64,000 nt of DNA, from contig OZ024740.1 of the NCBI GenBank assembly GCA_964016885.1, forward strand, positions 250,542,001-250,606,000. Direction: 5' to 3'. A program made the translations under genes and the position numbers. Of the stretch, positions 1-14,144 are shown one piece after another. Position 1 is the stretch's first letter. Every line of letters starts with the position of its first letter. A model generated the notes under the pieces. It saw only the letters and a program-made list of their open reading frames with translations, was not told the DNA's origin and ran no database searches. The stretch is from Eledone cirrhosa. Lineage: Eukaryota.

Positions 1-1990
1 CTGCGAGGGGCCGATAACTTCAGCCGAAATTCACGATGCCCTTGCCGGCAGCACGAGGTTTGGGTGGTCTGCCCTACGAGCTTATGTAAATATGCCAGAC
101 TTGTTCTCCAATCTCCTCGAAGCGATCTACTGAAACTGGCAGCAGAACGGGAGTATTCCCAGTTCTGTGAGCCGGGCGTAGTGACGCTGATAAGGAAAGA
201 CGAGAACAAGAGGGACATATTAGATAATTTCAGGCCAACACAGATTAATAATTTCAAATTAGATAATTTCTCTGCTCAACACATTAAGATTTTGGTCAAG
301 CTGTTAGCGAAGAGGTTGGTGCTTGTCGTCAGGGATTTGGTTGGGGAGGCGCAAACGCGCGCAATGCTAACCAGGTCCATACACGACAACCTCCACAAGG
401 ACGCGGAATGGTTGTGTCGGCTTATGCGGACGATATCACCGTGATGGTGTGGGACACCTCGGAAATCGAGGTCGTCGGCAACTTGGAGGAATATGAAAGG
501 TTGACGGGAGCAAAACCTAACCTGGAAAAGTCAGTGGGCTTGCAACTCGGCACCTGGAGAGGCAAGTCCATTCTGTCCAACAGCATCGTTGGGCGTTGGA
601 CGGAGTTGGGTTGAGGCCAGACCTCTAGGTGGATATGAATTGGGAGGAGGTGACGGGCAGGGTAGCCAGTCTCACCCAGAAATGGGCTGCCAGGAAGCTA
701 TCACTGAGCGGAGGTGGTGAACGCGTACATCGCGCCCGTCATCTACTACCGCCTAACCGTCATGCCTTACCCCCGTCCGCACCTCACCAACTTGGAACGA
801 ATCCTCTTCAAATTCTTGTGGAGGGGACAGGATCCGTTTGTGAAGCGGTCCATTTGCTTCCAGCACCCTCTACGCAGAAGGCTGGGCGTGCCGTGACTAA
901 TGATGTAGAGACGTGCGCTGAGGCTGCGGCATCTCCAGATATTCTGTCTAAACGGTGAACAGGTGTGGTCACCGTTTGGCAGACGGGCCTTTCCACAGCT
1001 CGTCTCTTTGACTGAGCTGCAGTCCTGGGTCAAGAAGAGACCGAGACTGGGTGACTGGCGTCTGGAATATTGCCAGGCACTCACTGCCCTCTCTACAAGG
1101 TGGGCAATGCCGTCAGTGGTACTCCCACTCTTGAGTTCTATAGAGGATTAGTGGTGGGAAAGTGCGACGACGCACTCGGAGAGGCTCTAGGCTTCGACGA
1201 ATTCGAATGACCAGTCTGTTCCGGATGACTTGAGCCGGGGGCGATGGATAACTTCCAGAAAACCCTCGCTTGGCAGTGCTACCGAGGGCACTGCTGGTTC
1301 GAGATAAACTCTACAGATACGGAAGTGCTGTCAGGCGGACCTGCCCGAGATGCGCGCAGAGCGATGAAACCGTTCTTCACGCACTCGTCCAATGTCCGTG
1401 CATTACTGACTTGTGGAGTTATGTTGAACAGCTGCTGTCGCGTGTAGAACTGATTCGGCTATCGGCCGAGTCCATAGTGAAGATCGACCCAGGAAGAGCA
1501 GGCAATTTTCCTCTGTCTGGTGGCAGTAGCGAAAGAGGTTGTATGGTGGACGAGGTTGAAAGGACTGAAGTCAGACATTTTTCTCTTCGGCCAACCCTCA
1601 TCAACTTTTTCAAATCTCACTTGGAAAGGAAGGTGGGGATGGAGAGAGAAGTGCTTCCCCCAAGTAAATTTGCTGAAAGGTGGGTGAATGTGGTGAGAAT
1701 GGCCCATGTGAGTGGGCCTACTCTGACCATGCGCCTGTAGGTTGGTGAATTTGAGGAGGAGAGGGGTTCCCTTCCCGGGTGCTCTCGAAGCGTCGGGTGG
1801 TTCAGAATAGGTGGGGTACCTGAGTCGTCCCTGGGTGGTTATCCCCCCCTATTGGGGAATTTTTCATTGTTGTATTTTTCTTGTTATTTTGTTATTGTTA
1901 TTTATATTTTTACACGTTTTATATGTAAACATCCACTGTCTACTGTATCGTCCCCTATATGTGGGCTCTTGTGGCCAATAAATGAAGCCA
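1..1990 (+). mobile_element. Degenerate Tx1-like (L1 clade) LINE, 3' half of ORF2 (RT, zf-RVT/CCHC) plus 3' UTR
   Basis: Broken ORFs 64-1740 carry SAYADDIT, EKSVGLQLGTWRG and CPRCAQSDETVLHALVQC, collinear with the 1152-aa ORF2 at 29522-32980; ends GGCTCTTGTGGCCAATAAA. Confidence 0.92.
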
Positions 1991-2002
1991 TTATATTTTT
2001 TT

Positions 2003-3226
2003 TGCATTTATCTTGCTTTATGTTCATTCGAGTTATCAACAAGTCAAAACCAGTGACCTCAAAAGACAAAAGTCCACCTCAAAAGTCCACCATGTTCAAG
2101 AAAGAACACACACACACACACACATATGTATCTTTTTGTGTTTAGACGTGTGGTGTATTTATATTGACAGAATCTTCCTTAGTATATGGGCAGTTCCCAT
2201 TAGTACTATCTTTTGTATTTCTCCTATACGCGGGTTTCCTGGGATTTGGGATAAGTAATCATTAGACTCCTTAGGTATCATTTCTAGAGCGCCTACAACC
2301 ACTGGTATTGTTTTAGTTCTCAACTTCGGCATTTTTCCTATCTCTATTTCCAGGTCTTTATACTTGCAAATGTTTTTATAGATATATTCTTGTCTATAGG
2401 AAGGGGCATATCAATTAGCAGGCATACCCTCTTTTAAAAGTCCTTCAGTATTATATCAGATCTATTTGCATCTATTTTTCGGTCTGTTCCACAAGATTGA
2501 GATGTGACCTTTTTCAAGTCTGGGAGGTGGTTGATGCTCCCACCAATTCTTTTGATGGGGCAAGTCAAAATGCTTACACATTACCCAATGTATGTATTGT
2601 GCAGCTCTGTCGTGCTTGTTTAGGTATTAGATTGGAGCTATAGGACTGCACATTGAAATTATATGATCAATGGTCTCTGGTTGTTTTTTTACATACACGG
2701 TTGCATCCATGTTTTATTACGTTGGCTTGATAAATTTTGTTGGCAGACACTGATCTTGTGCTGATATAATCACTCCTCCAGTCTCCGATTTCAGTCCAGA
2801 GTATTCTGGGTATTCTGGGTATTCAGAGTATTCTGGGTATTTTCCATACAGAGGCTTTTCTTGCCATTTCTTAGTCAGTTTCTGTAGCAGTTCTTTCTTT
2901 GCAGTTAGTTTTACCTGCTTTGCTTTTTCTGTTTTTCATTTCAGCAGTAAAGGGAACTTCTGAAATTTGTAGTTCATTACTGCATCTTTTGTAATGGAGT
3001 TGTATTCTATCACCTTAGAGTGATGCATTCTGTGCATGGTTAAGAATTTTCTAATTTTTGTATCGAACCTACGGATCTCTGTGCTTGACCAGTTGATGAC
3101 ATTTAAACTGTAAGTTACTACTGGTATGGTAAGTATGTTTATGGCATCAATCCTATTCATTGCATTCAACTGCGTTCTTAAGATTGCTCTTAATATCATC
3201 ACTGAATTGCTCATCATTTTTTGCAA
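2003..3226 (-). mobile_element. Degenerate R4/Dong-like RLE retrotransposon, family B, 3' portion
   Basis: Nucleotide match to 58093-59276 including the 3' UTR; ORF 2936-3226 (LNAMNRIDAIN...FDTKIRKFLTMHRMHH) is an R4-type RT thumb. Confidence 0.88.
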
Positions 3227-3280
3227 ATAGTCTCAGGTCATCCATATAGAACAAGTAATTAAGGATTTTGTCACAGACTT

Positions 3281-3735
3281 GCATCCGCAGCTGAACGGAA
3301 CAAAATCCTAAAATACCGTGTTCTGTCAGCTAACTACATTATCCAGCCTTTGGCATTCGAGGGAATCGGGCTACTGACAGCGAGATTCTTATCTTCACTG
3401 GCGGCTCGCCAAACAGAGGTAACTGGTGATGCTCATGAGGGCACTTGGTTGTTCCAGCACTTCAGCCTCGTCATAACCCTAGGTAACGCTGCCAGCGTGC
3501 TGGCCTGCCTCAAAAATTATTAGAGAGGTTTCCTAGTGCTCCTCGCTATATTGCTATCTTTTGCTCTGGTAGCGGCTGGTTTTTTCCAATCTTCCGCCTG
3601 CATATTGTTCTGTGGCCTAAGATGTGGGTATTACCTGCTTGTGTATTTTTTCACTTTCTTTTTTTCCTTTCTATATATTATATTTGTTAGTATTTTCGTT
3701 CTGTAACCATTATATTAAATGAGTTTAAAAAAAAA
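3281..3735 (+). mobile_element. CRE-clade non-LTR retrotransposon 3' fragment (RLE C-terminus and 3' UTR)
   Basis: Manual translation gives ASAAERNKILKYRVLSANYIIQPLAFEGIG and GDAHEGTWLFQHFSLVITLGNAASVLACL, matching the CRE-type FQRLS..IQRGNAA terminus; A-rich end near 3730. Confidence 0.7.
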
Positions 3736-4149
3736 AGAGTTAATAAATAAATAAAGAGTTGATAAATAAATAAAACGTTATACCTCTTTTACCCTCCCAT
3801 TTCCAATTTCACTGAACGCTGCTATCATGACTATGTGTGTGTTTGTGTAAATGGATGTGTGAATGTATGCATGTTTGTGTGAATGTATGTGTATTTGTGT
3901 GAATTATGTCCGTGAGGGTGTATTTTTATAAGTTTGTGTTTGCGCGATTATAGTTATATACTCATATAGTTATATACTCATACATATAAATGTATGTATG
4001 TGCAAACTCAAACGTGTCAGCGTGTTGAAAATCATAATCTCTCTATCTCTCTCATCACACACTCTCTCTATATATATGGTAGTTGAAGTGGTGGTGATGG
4101 CGACGATATACCGGAAGTGCAACTTTGAAAAGAAGTCAATTTAAAATTA

Positions 4150-4330
4150 TTTATTTTTACGAAATTATTTATGTTTACGAAATTTCAACAACCTCCGCCA
4201 GACATAATTCACAGAGGCGTCTTTCATTCCTGTATGGACGGGCGAATCTCAACACTGAACAGATATTTTTCGTTAGGGCCGTAGATCTTGCAATGGTCAG
4301 TTCGGGCCGGTTGATTTTGAGGGGTCCAAC
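4150..4330 (-). mobile_element. Penelope-like element fragment (C-terminus of GIY-YIG region)
   Basis: Minus-strand translation ARPYRNERRLCELCLAEVVEIS resembles ARSYNGNKRSCDLCAVEALEIL of the PLE copies at 19.2 and 38.6 kb. Confidence 0.5.
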
Positions 4331-4648
4331 CCTCTCCAAATTTTAATTCTTTTATTTTGTTTACTTATTCTTGAATGTATATACATTCATGTATATACAT
4401 TTATGTATATGCATGTATAATTATATGTATTTAGCAATGATTGCAGTTTGAAATGGAGGCTATATTTCACATCGGAAATAGGCCTATTACCAGCCTTATG
4501 TCCTTACATTTTACATTTAGCCCGGATCTTTTATCAGATTTGCACGAACCTGTATGTATACTTGTAGATGTGTGTGTGTTTGTGTCTTTGTGTATGTGTG
4601 TGTGTTTGTATGTGTGTGCGCATGTGCGCCTGTGTGTGTACGTATGTG

Positions 4649-4700
<52 letters not shown>

Positions 4701-5015
4701 TATATATGTGTGTGTGTGCATGCGGCGGGTGTGTGTGTGTGTATGTGTGTGTGTGCGTGCGTACTTTCTCTAGTATAGCAAATGGCTAGGATTTCTGATA
4801 AAACTACCTGTGGGCGGAGAGTAGTGCACTTTATTGGTGGCATCGTAAACATGAATGAAACATTGAATATTTCTCATTTATACCTAGACATGCTGATGAC
4901 GTCATAACCAATATTAACCAATGATTCTTGTCGGATTTCGTTTATAGAAATGATACAAGATATCTGATATACCATCAAGAACACCTATAACTTGCAGCAT
5001 TATATATATATATAT

Positions 5016-5955
5016 ACAAGCAGAGGTACCCGGCGTTGTTCGGGTATTAAATTGAATTCATGTGTATGTATATATATGTATGTGAATATGTGTATATATG
5101 CGTTTATATGTATATATATATATATATGTGTGTATATATGTATATATATTAGAAAGTGAGGTTTTTTTACAAAATGAAAAATAACCGAGGTGTCCTACAC
5201 GAGTGAAAGTATAAAGAAAAAAAGATGAAATCGAAAATGCAACTGGAGTCTTATTTTTTTAAAAATATATATATTTATTTGATTCCTTTACCGGTTTCGC
5301 AGTTCTTCTGCTTTTCAAAAGTAGAGTTGAGATGGAGGGTCTGTGGTTTTTCTCACATCTGGTTGGTCTTAGAATGTTACTTGTTTTATATGGAAAAAAG
5401 TGGCTCGAAACGCCAGGTTTTTAGAGAAGTAATTTGATTGGTTGGTCAATAAGTATAATAAATTTCGCGCCAGTTCGCGTTACAAAGTTCTTCAAACAAG
5501 GGGGGTGGGGTGGGGGTGGGGGTGCTCAGGTTGTTTTTTCATATATGAGTGTTTGAATTACTTTTTGCTTAAAAAAGGGGGCTCACGGAGGCTTTTTCTA
5601 AAAAAATGTAATCTGATTGGTTATAAATGAAATTATGGCTGTCACGTGAACAAGTTCATTAAATTTCGCGCCCGTATTTCGGAATTTGTTTTGTAGCCTT
5701 TTAGAGAATTTTATGACAATAAAATAAGTGACCCACGAAAGCCTTTTTAAAAAAATGCAATTTGATTGGTTACAAATGAAATTATGACTGTCACGTGAAC
5801 AAGTTCCGCACCCATATTATTTATTTTGTAGCCATTTAGAGAATTTTATGACAAGCAAAAGAATAGTCAAGAGAAATGGGATGGGAGAATTGTTCTGGTT
5901 CAGTGAATATAGCTAGTTCGCTGGGGTGTCAGAGTTCAGATTTTCTATTGAGATA
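5016..5955 (-). mobile_element. Possible non-autonomous Helitron-like element with internal ~150-bp imperfect repeats
   Basis: Subterminal hairpin ACCCG-GCGTTGTT-CGGGT (5028-5045) followed on the minus strand by CTGCTTG, a CTRR-like end; duplicated blocks at about 5590-5720 and 5740-5850. Confidence 0.35.
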
Positions 5956-5969
5956 AAGAAAGTAGACAT

Positions 5970-6259
5970 ATGTATGTTTATTTGTGTGTGTGTGTGTGTG
6001 TGTGTATAGGAAGATGATTCTATTGGTAGAAATGGGGGTGGGAGTTGTGTGTGTGTATATATGGGTGTTATGTGAGTGTGTGTGGGAGTATGTTAAGATG
6101 GATAGAATATATATATTTTGTGTATGTGTGTGTGTAGGAAAGTGATTCTATTAGTAGAAAGGGGGAGGGAATTGTGTGTGTGGGGGTGTTATGTGTGTGT
6201 GTATGGGTGTTATGTGTGTGTGGGAGTATGGTTAGCATGTTAAGATGAAGAGAATATAT

Positions 6260-6339
<80 letters not shown>

Positions 6340-8520
6340 CGTGTGTGATTGTGGGGGGGGGGGAATGATTCCGTTAGTAGGAATATTTTTGAATGAACAT
6401 ATTTTCTTTACTTATTTGTATTTGTTCTGTTGTATTATCAGCGCAAACGCATGTTAAGGTTTATTTAGTTAGGGTTTTTATTTTCTAAAGTAGAAGGTCT
6501 TATGTGCGTGTGTATGTGTCTGTTTGGATGGTTAGCATGTTATGGTGTTGACATAATGTATATTAAACCATATTTAATGCTGGTCTATATTTTTGAATAA
6601 ACATATTTTTCTTATTTATTCGTATTTGTTCTGTTGTATTGTCAGCGCAAAGGTAAAATGGGAAGACTTGGAATTTGGGTGTCTTATTACTTGCGCAAAT
6701 GTCTAGATATGCGCTTAGTGGTATCTGACTCGTGGTTGGTTCTCGTAATTGTTGGCGATGAACTGTCATTCTATTTCAGAGTGTGAGTTTAGTTTGTCCT
6801 ATATAATCTTCATTGCATCCTTTACATTTAATGGCATAAAGTAGATTTTTGATGAGCAAGTGAAGTGATTTTTTACAGCAAAATTTTGTCCTGATTTAAA
6901 TGTATACGTGTTGCCTTCAATGAGGTGAGTGCAGGTTCCACAATTAGAGCGACCACATTTTTTGACAGTTGGTTGTGGGTTTGTGGTAGGTAATTTGGTA
7001 TTGGTGAGTAATGTTTTCAGTGATTTCGGTTGTCTTTTGCTTTTCATTATTTTGTGTGTTTCAAGGGCTTTTTTCATTCTTGGGTCTTGTTTCAGTAGTG
7101 GGATGTTCTTGTGAATAGTGTTGTAAGCTTCCGCATTTCTTGGGTTGTGTGTTGAGATATATGATAGAATATTGGACGTACCTTGAATTTGTTTCTGTTT
7201 TCGTAATTCATCAATGCCTATTACTTTAGCCCTTTCTATTCCATTATTTATTAGTAATGGTGGGTACTGTCTTTCGAGCAGAATTTCCTTTAATTCTTGA
7301 AGTCTTTTATTTCGCGTTTCACAATTGGAGACAATTGTGCAAATTCTTCTTGCTAGGTTAAAAGGAATGTTCGTCTTCGTGTGCTTTGGATGGTTGGAGG
7401 TGAATAGCAGGTATTGTTTGGAATCTGTTGGTTTGTAGTGTATGTCAGTTTCAATATTTGTGTCTTTTTTTAAGATTAAGATGTCCAGAAAGGGGAGTTG
7501 ATCTTGGCTGTATTCCATTGTGAATTGGATGTGGTTATTGATGCCGTTTATTAAATTTTTGAAATCATTCAGTTGGTCGAGTGTGTGGGGCCGAAGAATG
7601 AGACAATCATCCAAGTAGCGTTTCCAATTCTCTGATAAATATTTGTGGAAGTTCAATCCGTATTTTGATTTGGACTGTTCATATATCTGGACTTCTAAGT
7701 ATGCCATGACTAAGTTGGCATAAGTTGGAGCGGCTTTTGTACCCATCGCAGTCCCCGATATTTGCTTGTAAGTATTGCCATCGAAATCAAAAAAGTTGTT
7801 CTGTAAGATAAATTTTAATCTCTCGGTGATGAAGCTTTTTTCTATTCTGTCAGGTATCTCATTCGGATATTTCTCTAACCAGAATCCTATTGCTTGTAGT
7901 CCGTATTGGTGTGGGATCGTTGTGTGGGATCGTTGTGATCACTACATCGAAAGACACAATAATAGTATCGTTTACATGTTTGGGGAGGTGGTTTAAAGAG
8001 GTCAAGATCGTCTCTTACAAGGCTTGGTATGTGTTTGAGAATTGGTTTTAGTAGTATGTCTATAAAGTTGCTCAATCTGTGTGTTTCACATTGTGGGCCC
8101 GCTACAATTGGTCTTAATTTAAGGTCTGTGGGGTATTGTGTGTTCACGCAGGCTGAGGTGGATTGTTTACAGGCATCGTTAATTATTTTACACTTGTGGA
8201 TCTTCGGAAGTCCGGAAAGGTTGCTGGTTTTGTATTCAAAATGTGTTAAATAATCGCGTTCCTTTTTAATTAAGTCTTCCTGGTATCGACAAATCAGTGT
8301 GTTTAATCTGGTCATTGTTTTTGATTGCTGGTAGTTTTTTACTCTTTCATAGTATTTTGTACTCTTTCATAGTATTTTGTAAGAGAGAGAACATAGAATT
8401 TTTATATTTTTCAGCATCCATAATGACAACAGTACTTCCCTTGTTGCTTCCTTAATTATAATGTCCGTATTGTTTTTTTAGTTCATGGATAATCTCCCAT
8501 TCCCTTCGACTCGTGTTGGA
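5970..8520 (-). mobile_element. Penelope-like element, Neptune-type (RT + Cys linker + GIY-YIG), degenerate, with repetitive 3' tail
   Basis: ORFs 7887-8315 (GLPKIHK, LRPIVAG), 6799-7746 (MGTKAAPTYANL, RYLDD, KCGRSNCGTC) and 6563-6769 (RMTVHRQQ...FIQKYRPALN). Confidence 0.9.
6563..8520 (-). pseudogene. Frameshifted PLE reverse transcriptase-GIY-YIG endonuclease ORF
   Basis: Collinear ORF pieces separated by frameshifts and small duplications. Confidence 0.88.
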
Positions 8521-8540
8521 TTTGGGTTTAGGTTGCGGTA

Positions 8541-9135
<595 letters not shown>

Positions 9136-9608
9136 AATTCTGGAGCCGAGAATCATCCGGTTATTCTAAATCCCATTCTTGAATTCTAGCCCGTAGTGAA
9201 TAGTCACTACCACAATTATAAGCTTTCTGGTGATGTGTGATAAATAATTAAGTATTGCATATGATTGAACAATATATATTGTAGTCAGCATATGTAGACG
9301 ATTATAATAGACACAGAAACATATGTTAAAGCCAATAAATTCCTCATCTTCTTTCACGCCGATGTTTATATTTTTCTTGGTGCAATACTTCCTTATATTA
9401 ATATACTCCGTGATCTCTTCTGGACCTATTACCATATTGCCCTGCTTGGATATTTATGCTATACGATTCCAAGGATACCGTTGAGTCAAACTCTGCTTAC
9501 CAGAATGTTAAACTCTTTGGTAAGCAGTTTTCTTGTTTAAGCAATCATTCCTGATATACATAAACAAAACTTTATCTACCTTCACATATATACATACACA
9601 CACGCACG

Positions 9609-9712
<104 letters not shown>

Positions 9713-9867
9713 TGTGTGTGTTTCTCTATATATATATATGTATTTGTATACATATACATATAAATAGATATATGTATATATATATTTGTATATCTATATG
9801 TATATGTATATATATGCATATATATGTATATATACATATGTATATATATATGTATGTATATATGTAT

Positions 9868-10476
9868 GTCAGGTCACCAGTTGGTGCTACTGGTAACATG
9901 TATCTCAGTACAACCTGTCTCATGGTCGGGTCGTTGGCGACTAAACTGGCAACACCACCAAGATTTCTTGGTGAGGAGGGTGACTTTGGACATCCTGCAG
10001 GACTAAAAACAAAACCTGTCAAAGGGCAAAGGAGCTCTTAAGAGTCAATGGCCATCCAAAATCACCGGGAGAGATGACCCCTTAGCCTTTGTCAAGGCAG
10101 AATTCTAGGAGAAGGAAAACTCTGATATAACACCTGCAACCCTGATGGTATCCAATGATGTTGACTTGTTCTTCTTTTTGGTAAATATCATCTTGGTTAA
10201 GAGAGTGGGACTGGCTTTGTGCAGTGCCTTTGCTCACTATAAAATCTTCACGGCACAGGCATTTCTTTATATCTGGAGATCTCTCTGCACTTGTCGTCAC
10301 ATGGTACCATGGGCCCAGCACTATGTGTCAATAATTGTCACAAGTGTAGTGTTTGTACCAGAGTTTTCAAGTCGCTGGCTGGACTAAAATGTCACACTCG
10401 TTCAGCGCATCGGTATGAGTTCTCCTACATGGATATAAAGTAGTGGCCGTACTCGAAAACGAGTTGGCAGCCACCA
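9868..10476 (+). mobile_element. Short RTE-clade derivative: 5'-UTR-like part joined to 3' end (C2H2 finger and terminal hairpin)
   Basis: CTAGGAGAAGGAAAACTCTGA motif (~10105-10125), recalled from RTE 5' regions; HKCSVCTRVFKSLAGLKCHTRSAH at 10339-10410; terminal ACTCG-AAAA-CGAGT hairpin; flanked by (TA)n. Confidence 0.6.
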
Positions 10477-11193
<717 letters not shown>

Positions 11194-11843
11194 GCACACA
11201 TATCTATATGTACGTATCGTTTTTACCGAACATTTATTATAATGCTCGGTTTGTTTGTAAACAAACAGCCCGAATTAAGCTGTACAATGTTCGGCAACCA
11301 TCGCTGCCCTATTTGTTCAACACTGACAAAGGAACGACGAACTAGTTTCTAGCTTCTTAGCTGTCATCAGCACCGTATACCTTCCTGTCAGTTGATTGAA
11401 CGTTTGAAAGTATATACTTTCCTTATGCATATTAACGGCTGAGCAGCCTAAGAAGCTAGAAGCTAGAAATTAGTTCTTCGTTCCTTTGTCTGTGTTGAAC
11501 AAATAGGGCAGCGATGGTTGCCGAACACCGTACGGCTTAATTCGGGCTGTTTGTTTACAAACAAGCCGAGCATTATAATAGATGTTCGGTAAACCCAATA
11601 CGTACATATATATATGTGTGCATGTATGTATGTATATACATACTACTGTACGTCTGTATACATATATGTATGTACGCATACATACTTACATATATATATA
11701 TTTATATATATTTATATATATATGCATATATATGTATATATACACATATATATATGTATCTATATTTATATATATTATATATGTATATGTATATATATAT
11801 ATAAATATATATATGTATATATACATATATATGCATATATACA

Positions 11844-11933
<90 letters not shown>

Positions 11934-12072
11934 CATACATATATATACATACATATACATACATATACATATATATACATACATATACATACATATATAC
12001 ATATATACATATATGTATATACATATATGTAAATGTGTGTGTGTGTGCACCTGAGCACTGTTCACAATAATT

Positions 12073-12108
<36 letters not shown>

Positions 12109-12116
12109 TTGTATAT

Positions 12117-12307
12117 AGGTGGTGGATTGGCAGTATCGGTAGAGAGTCGGACGCCATGCTTTGACGCATAGAGTTACGGCCCTTGCCATTCTGAGTTCAA
12201 ATCCCGCCGAGGTTAACTTTGCCTTTCATCCTCACGGGGTCGATAAAATAAAGTACCAGTAATGCACTGCGTAATTGCTGGACTTGTGCCCAAAGCAGAA
12301 ACAATTA

Positions 12308-12310
<3 letters not shown>
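12117..12310 (+). mobile_element. tRNA-type SINE (family S), full length
   Basis: GGTGGATTGGCAGTATCGG head, B-box-like GAGTTCAAATCCC, central TTTGCCTTTCATCC..GGGGTCGATAAAATAAAGTACCAG, tail AGAAACAATTATTA; multiple copies in the window. Confidence 0.88.
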
Positions 12311-12347
<37 letters not shown>

Positions 12348-12689
12348 ACATATATATATATACATACACATATTCATATATGTTGTGTTTGAAGATTGTT
12401 ATTTTGAAATGTTTCCAAAATTACCTGATGCTTTATTAATTGGGTAAACAACTAACTAGAAATATTTTTTTATGAAGCTCTGCTGTGAATATGATACCAG
12501 CTAAGTTAGGAAGTGTTCGGCTATCGGTTGGCAGCTTCGTGGAACTTTTCATCTTCTTTCCTACCTTCTCTTTAGCAATGCCTATCATGGGCATATATTC
12601 AGGTGCGTTCAGGAACTGTAACGCATATTTTCAAAGTTGTGAAATAACGATTAGACAATTATAGCATTATTTATAAAATTGTGAAAAAC

Positions 12690-12900
12690 GGTGGATTGGT
12701 AGAGTCGTTTGATCATCGGAATATCCCTTAGTAATGTTTTTTTCCGGTTCTGTACAATCTGAGTTCAAATCCCGCCGAAGTCCACTTTGATTTTTATTCT
12801 TTTGCGTCGATAAAATAAAGAACCAGTCAAGTACTGTGGTCGATATAATTAATTTTCACTTCACCACAAAAAATCGCTGGTTTTGTGCATAAAATCATTG
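12690..12900 (+). mobile_element. Diverged SINE family S copy
   Basis: Same head, GAGTTCAAATCCCGCCGA and GTCGATAAAATAAAG blocks. Confidence 0.75.
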
Positions 12901-12929
12901 ATTAGAAATAAATGTTAAGATATATATTT

Positions 12930-13300
12930 ATTTGATAGGTCTGGAGGAAGGGAGAATGCCCATAACCTTCACAGGCCCTCAAAGTCAGAAGAAATTGAGG
13001 CCGTTGAAGTTTTACTTAAACTGCTGCATGTCCACTCCTTTTGGAAATACACAAACAGGGAGGGCGTTCAAGAGAGCCTAAGCTCTGGGCAAGATTGGGT
13101 CTTGTGGTTAGTGTATGCCTAGAAGTGGAAGCTATCCTCAAACCGGGCACTTGAACCGAATGCTTGCAATAGAGTGAACTCCGCTAAAGATATTCGAGGA
13201 CCGACTGATGGTGTTAAACGTACAGCAACTTATTTTTGTTCTCTTCAAATTGCAGTTAGAGTAGAAACGTATTAAGAGTATGTTCTCAGAAACTAGATCA
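12930..13300 (-). mobile_element. CR1/L2/Jockey-group LINE 3' end relic
   Basis: Minus-strand translation includes NALPVC...PKGVDMQQFK, resembling the WNxLP...FK C-terminal motif of these LINEs. Confidence 0.45.
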
Positions 13301-13327
13301 AGATAGTATGGTTAGACAACAATAACA

Positions 13328-13472
<145 letters not shown>

Positions 13473-13559
13473 CATACATACACAACTGTTTATATATCAA
13501 ATGACACACCAACACACACAACTATTGTGTATATTGTGTATATATGAAATGAAATACTA

Positions 13560-14120
13560 ATATAAGCCTCCCCGGTAAAGTCTATGCTAAATGTCTGGCA
13601 AAGACTTGGAGGGAGATTGTCAAGTCCAAGCTAGCGGATGAACAGTGCAGTTTTAGCGCCAGACACAGTACAGCCGACCAAATATTCACACTGCGTCAGT
13701 ATTGCCAAGAGATATATTCTTGTTTTATATACTTCGAAAAGGCTTGTGACCACTTTTCTCGGGACATGCTGTGCAGGTTATGCAAAGCTTCTTGCTGCCC
13801 TGATTTCTTTATACGAATGTCCGAGTATTGTGTTTAGATAAATGGTGCTAAATCGAAACATTTCAATGTGAGATTCGGACTCCGCCAAGGGTGCGTACTG
13901 TCACCACTCCTGTTCATTATTTACATGAACAGGATTGACATACGCAGCCGGGTTGGAAGTGATATCACGACTGGTGGGTGTAAAATCAGTCGGCTGGAAT
14001 TTGTAGACGACATGGTGTTACTTAACTCGATAGAAGGTGATCTACGCCTTACACTCCGAGTGCTGCATAGCTGGAATGAAAATCAGTGCTGCGAAAATTG
14101 AGACATTCGTCCTCTCAAGG
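13560..14120 (+). mobile_element. RTE-clade RT fragment
   Basis: SLPGKVYAKCL...DEQCSF...DQIFTLRQ; GLRQGCVLSPLLFIIYM; LEFVDDMVLL. Confidence 0.85.
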
Positions 14121-14144
14121 TGGGCCTTTTTATCTAAGACACAA

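Noticed and set aside
2797-2845. Short tandem GTATTCTGG repeats resembling an array
   Set aside because: Filler repeats at a deletion inside the Dong-B relic; no spacers, not CRISPR-like.
4095-4125. ATGGCG and CCGGAAGTG (YY1/ETS-like) motifs suggesting a host promoter
   Set aside because: Short motifs next to a PLE relic, with no supporting exon or CpG-rich context.
4890-5000. CTGATGA at ~4893 as a hammerhead core
   Set aside because: No convincing stem II/GAAA/stem III arrangement follows.
12117-12210. Possible tRNA gene (A/B-box-like motifs)
   Set aside because: No cloverleaf; it is the head of a multi-copy SINE.
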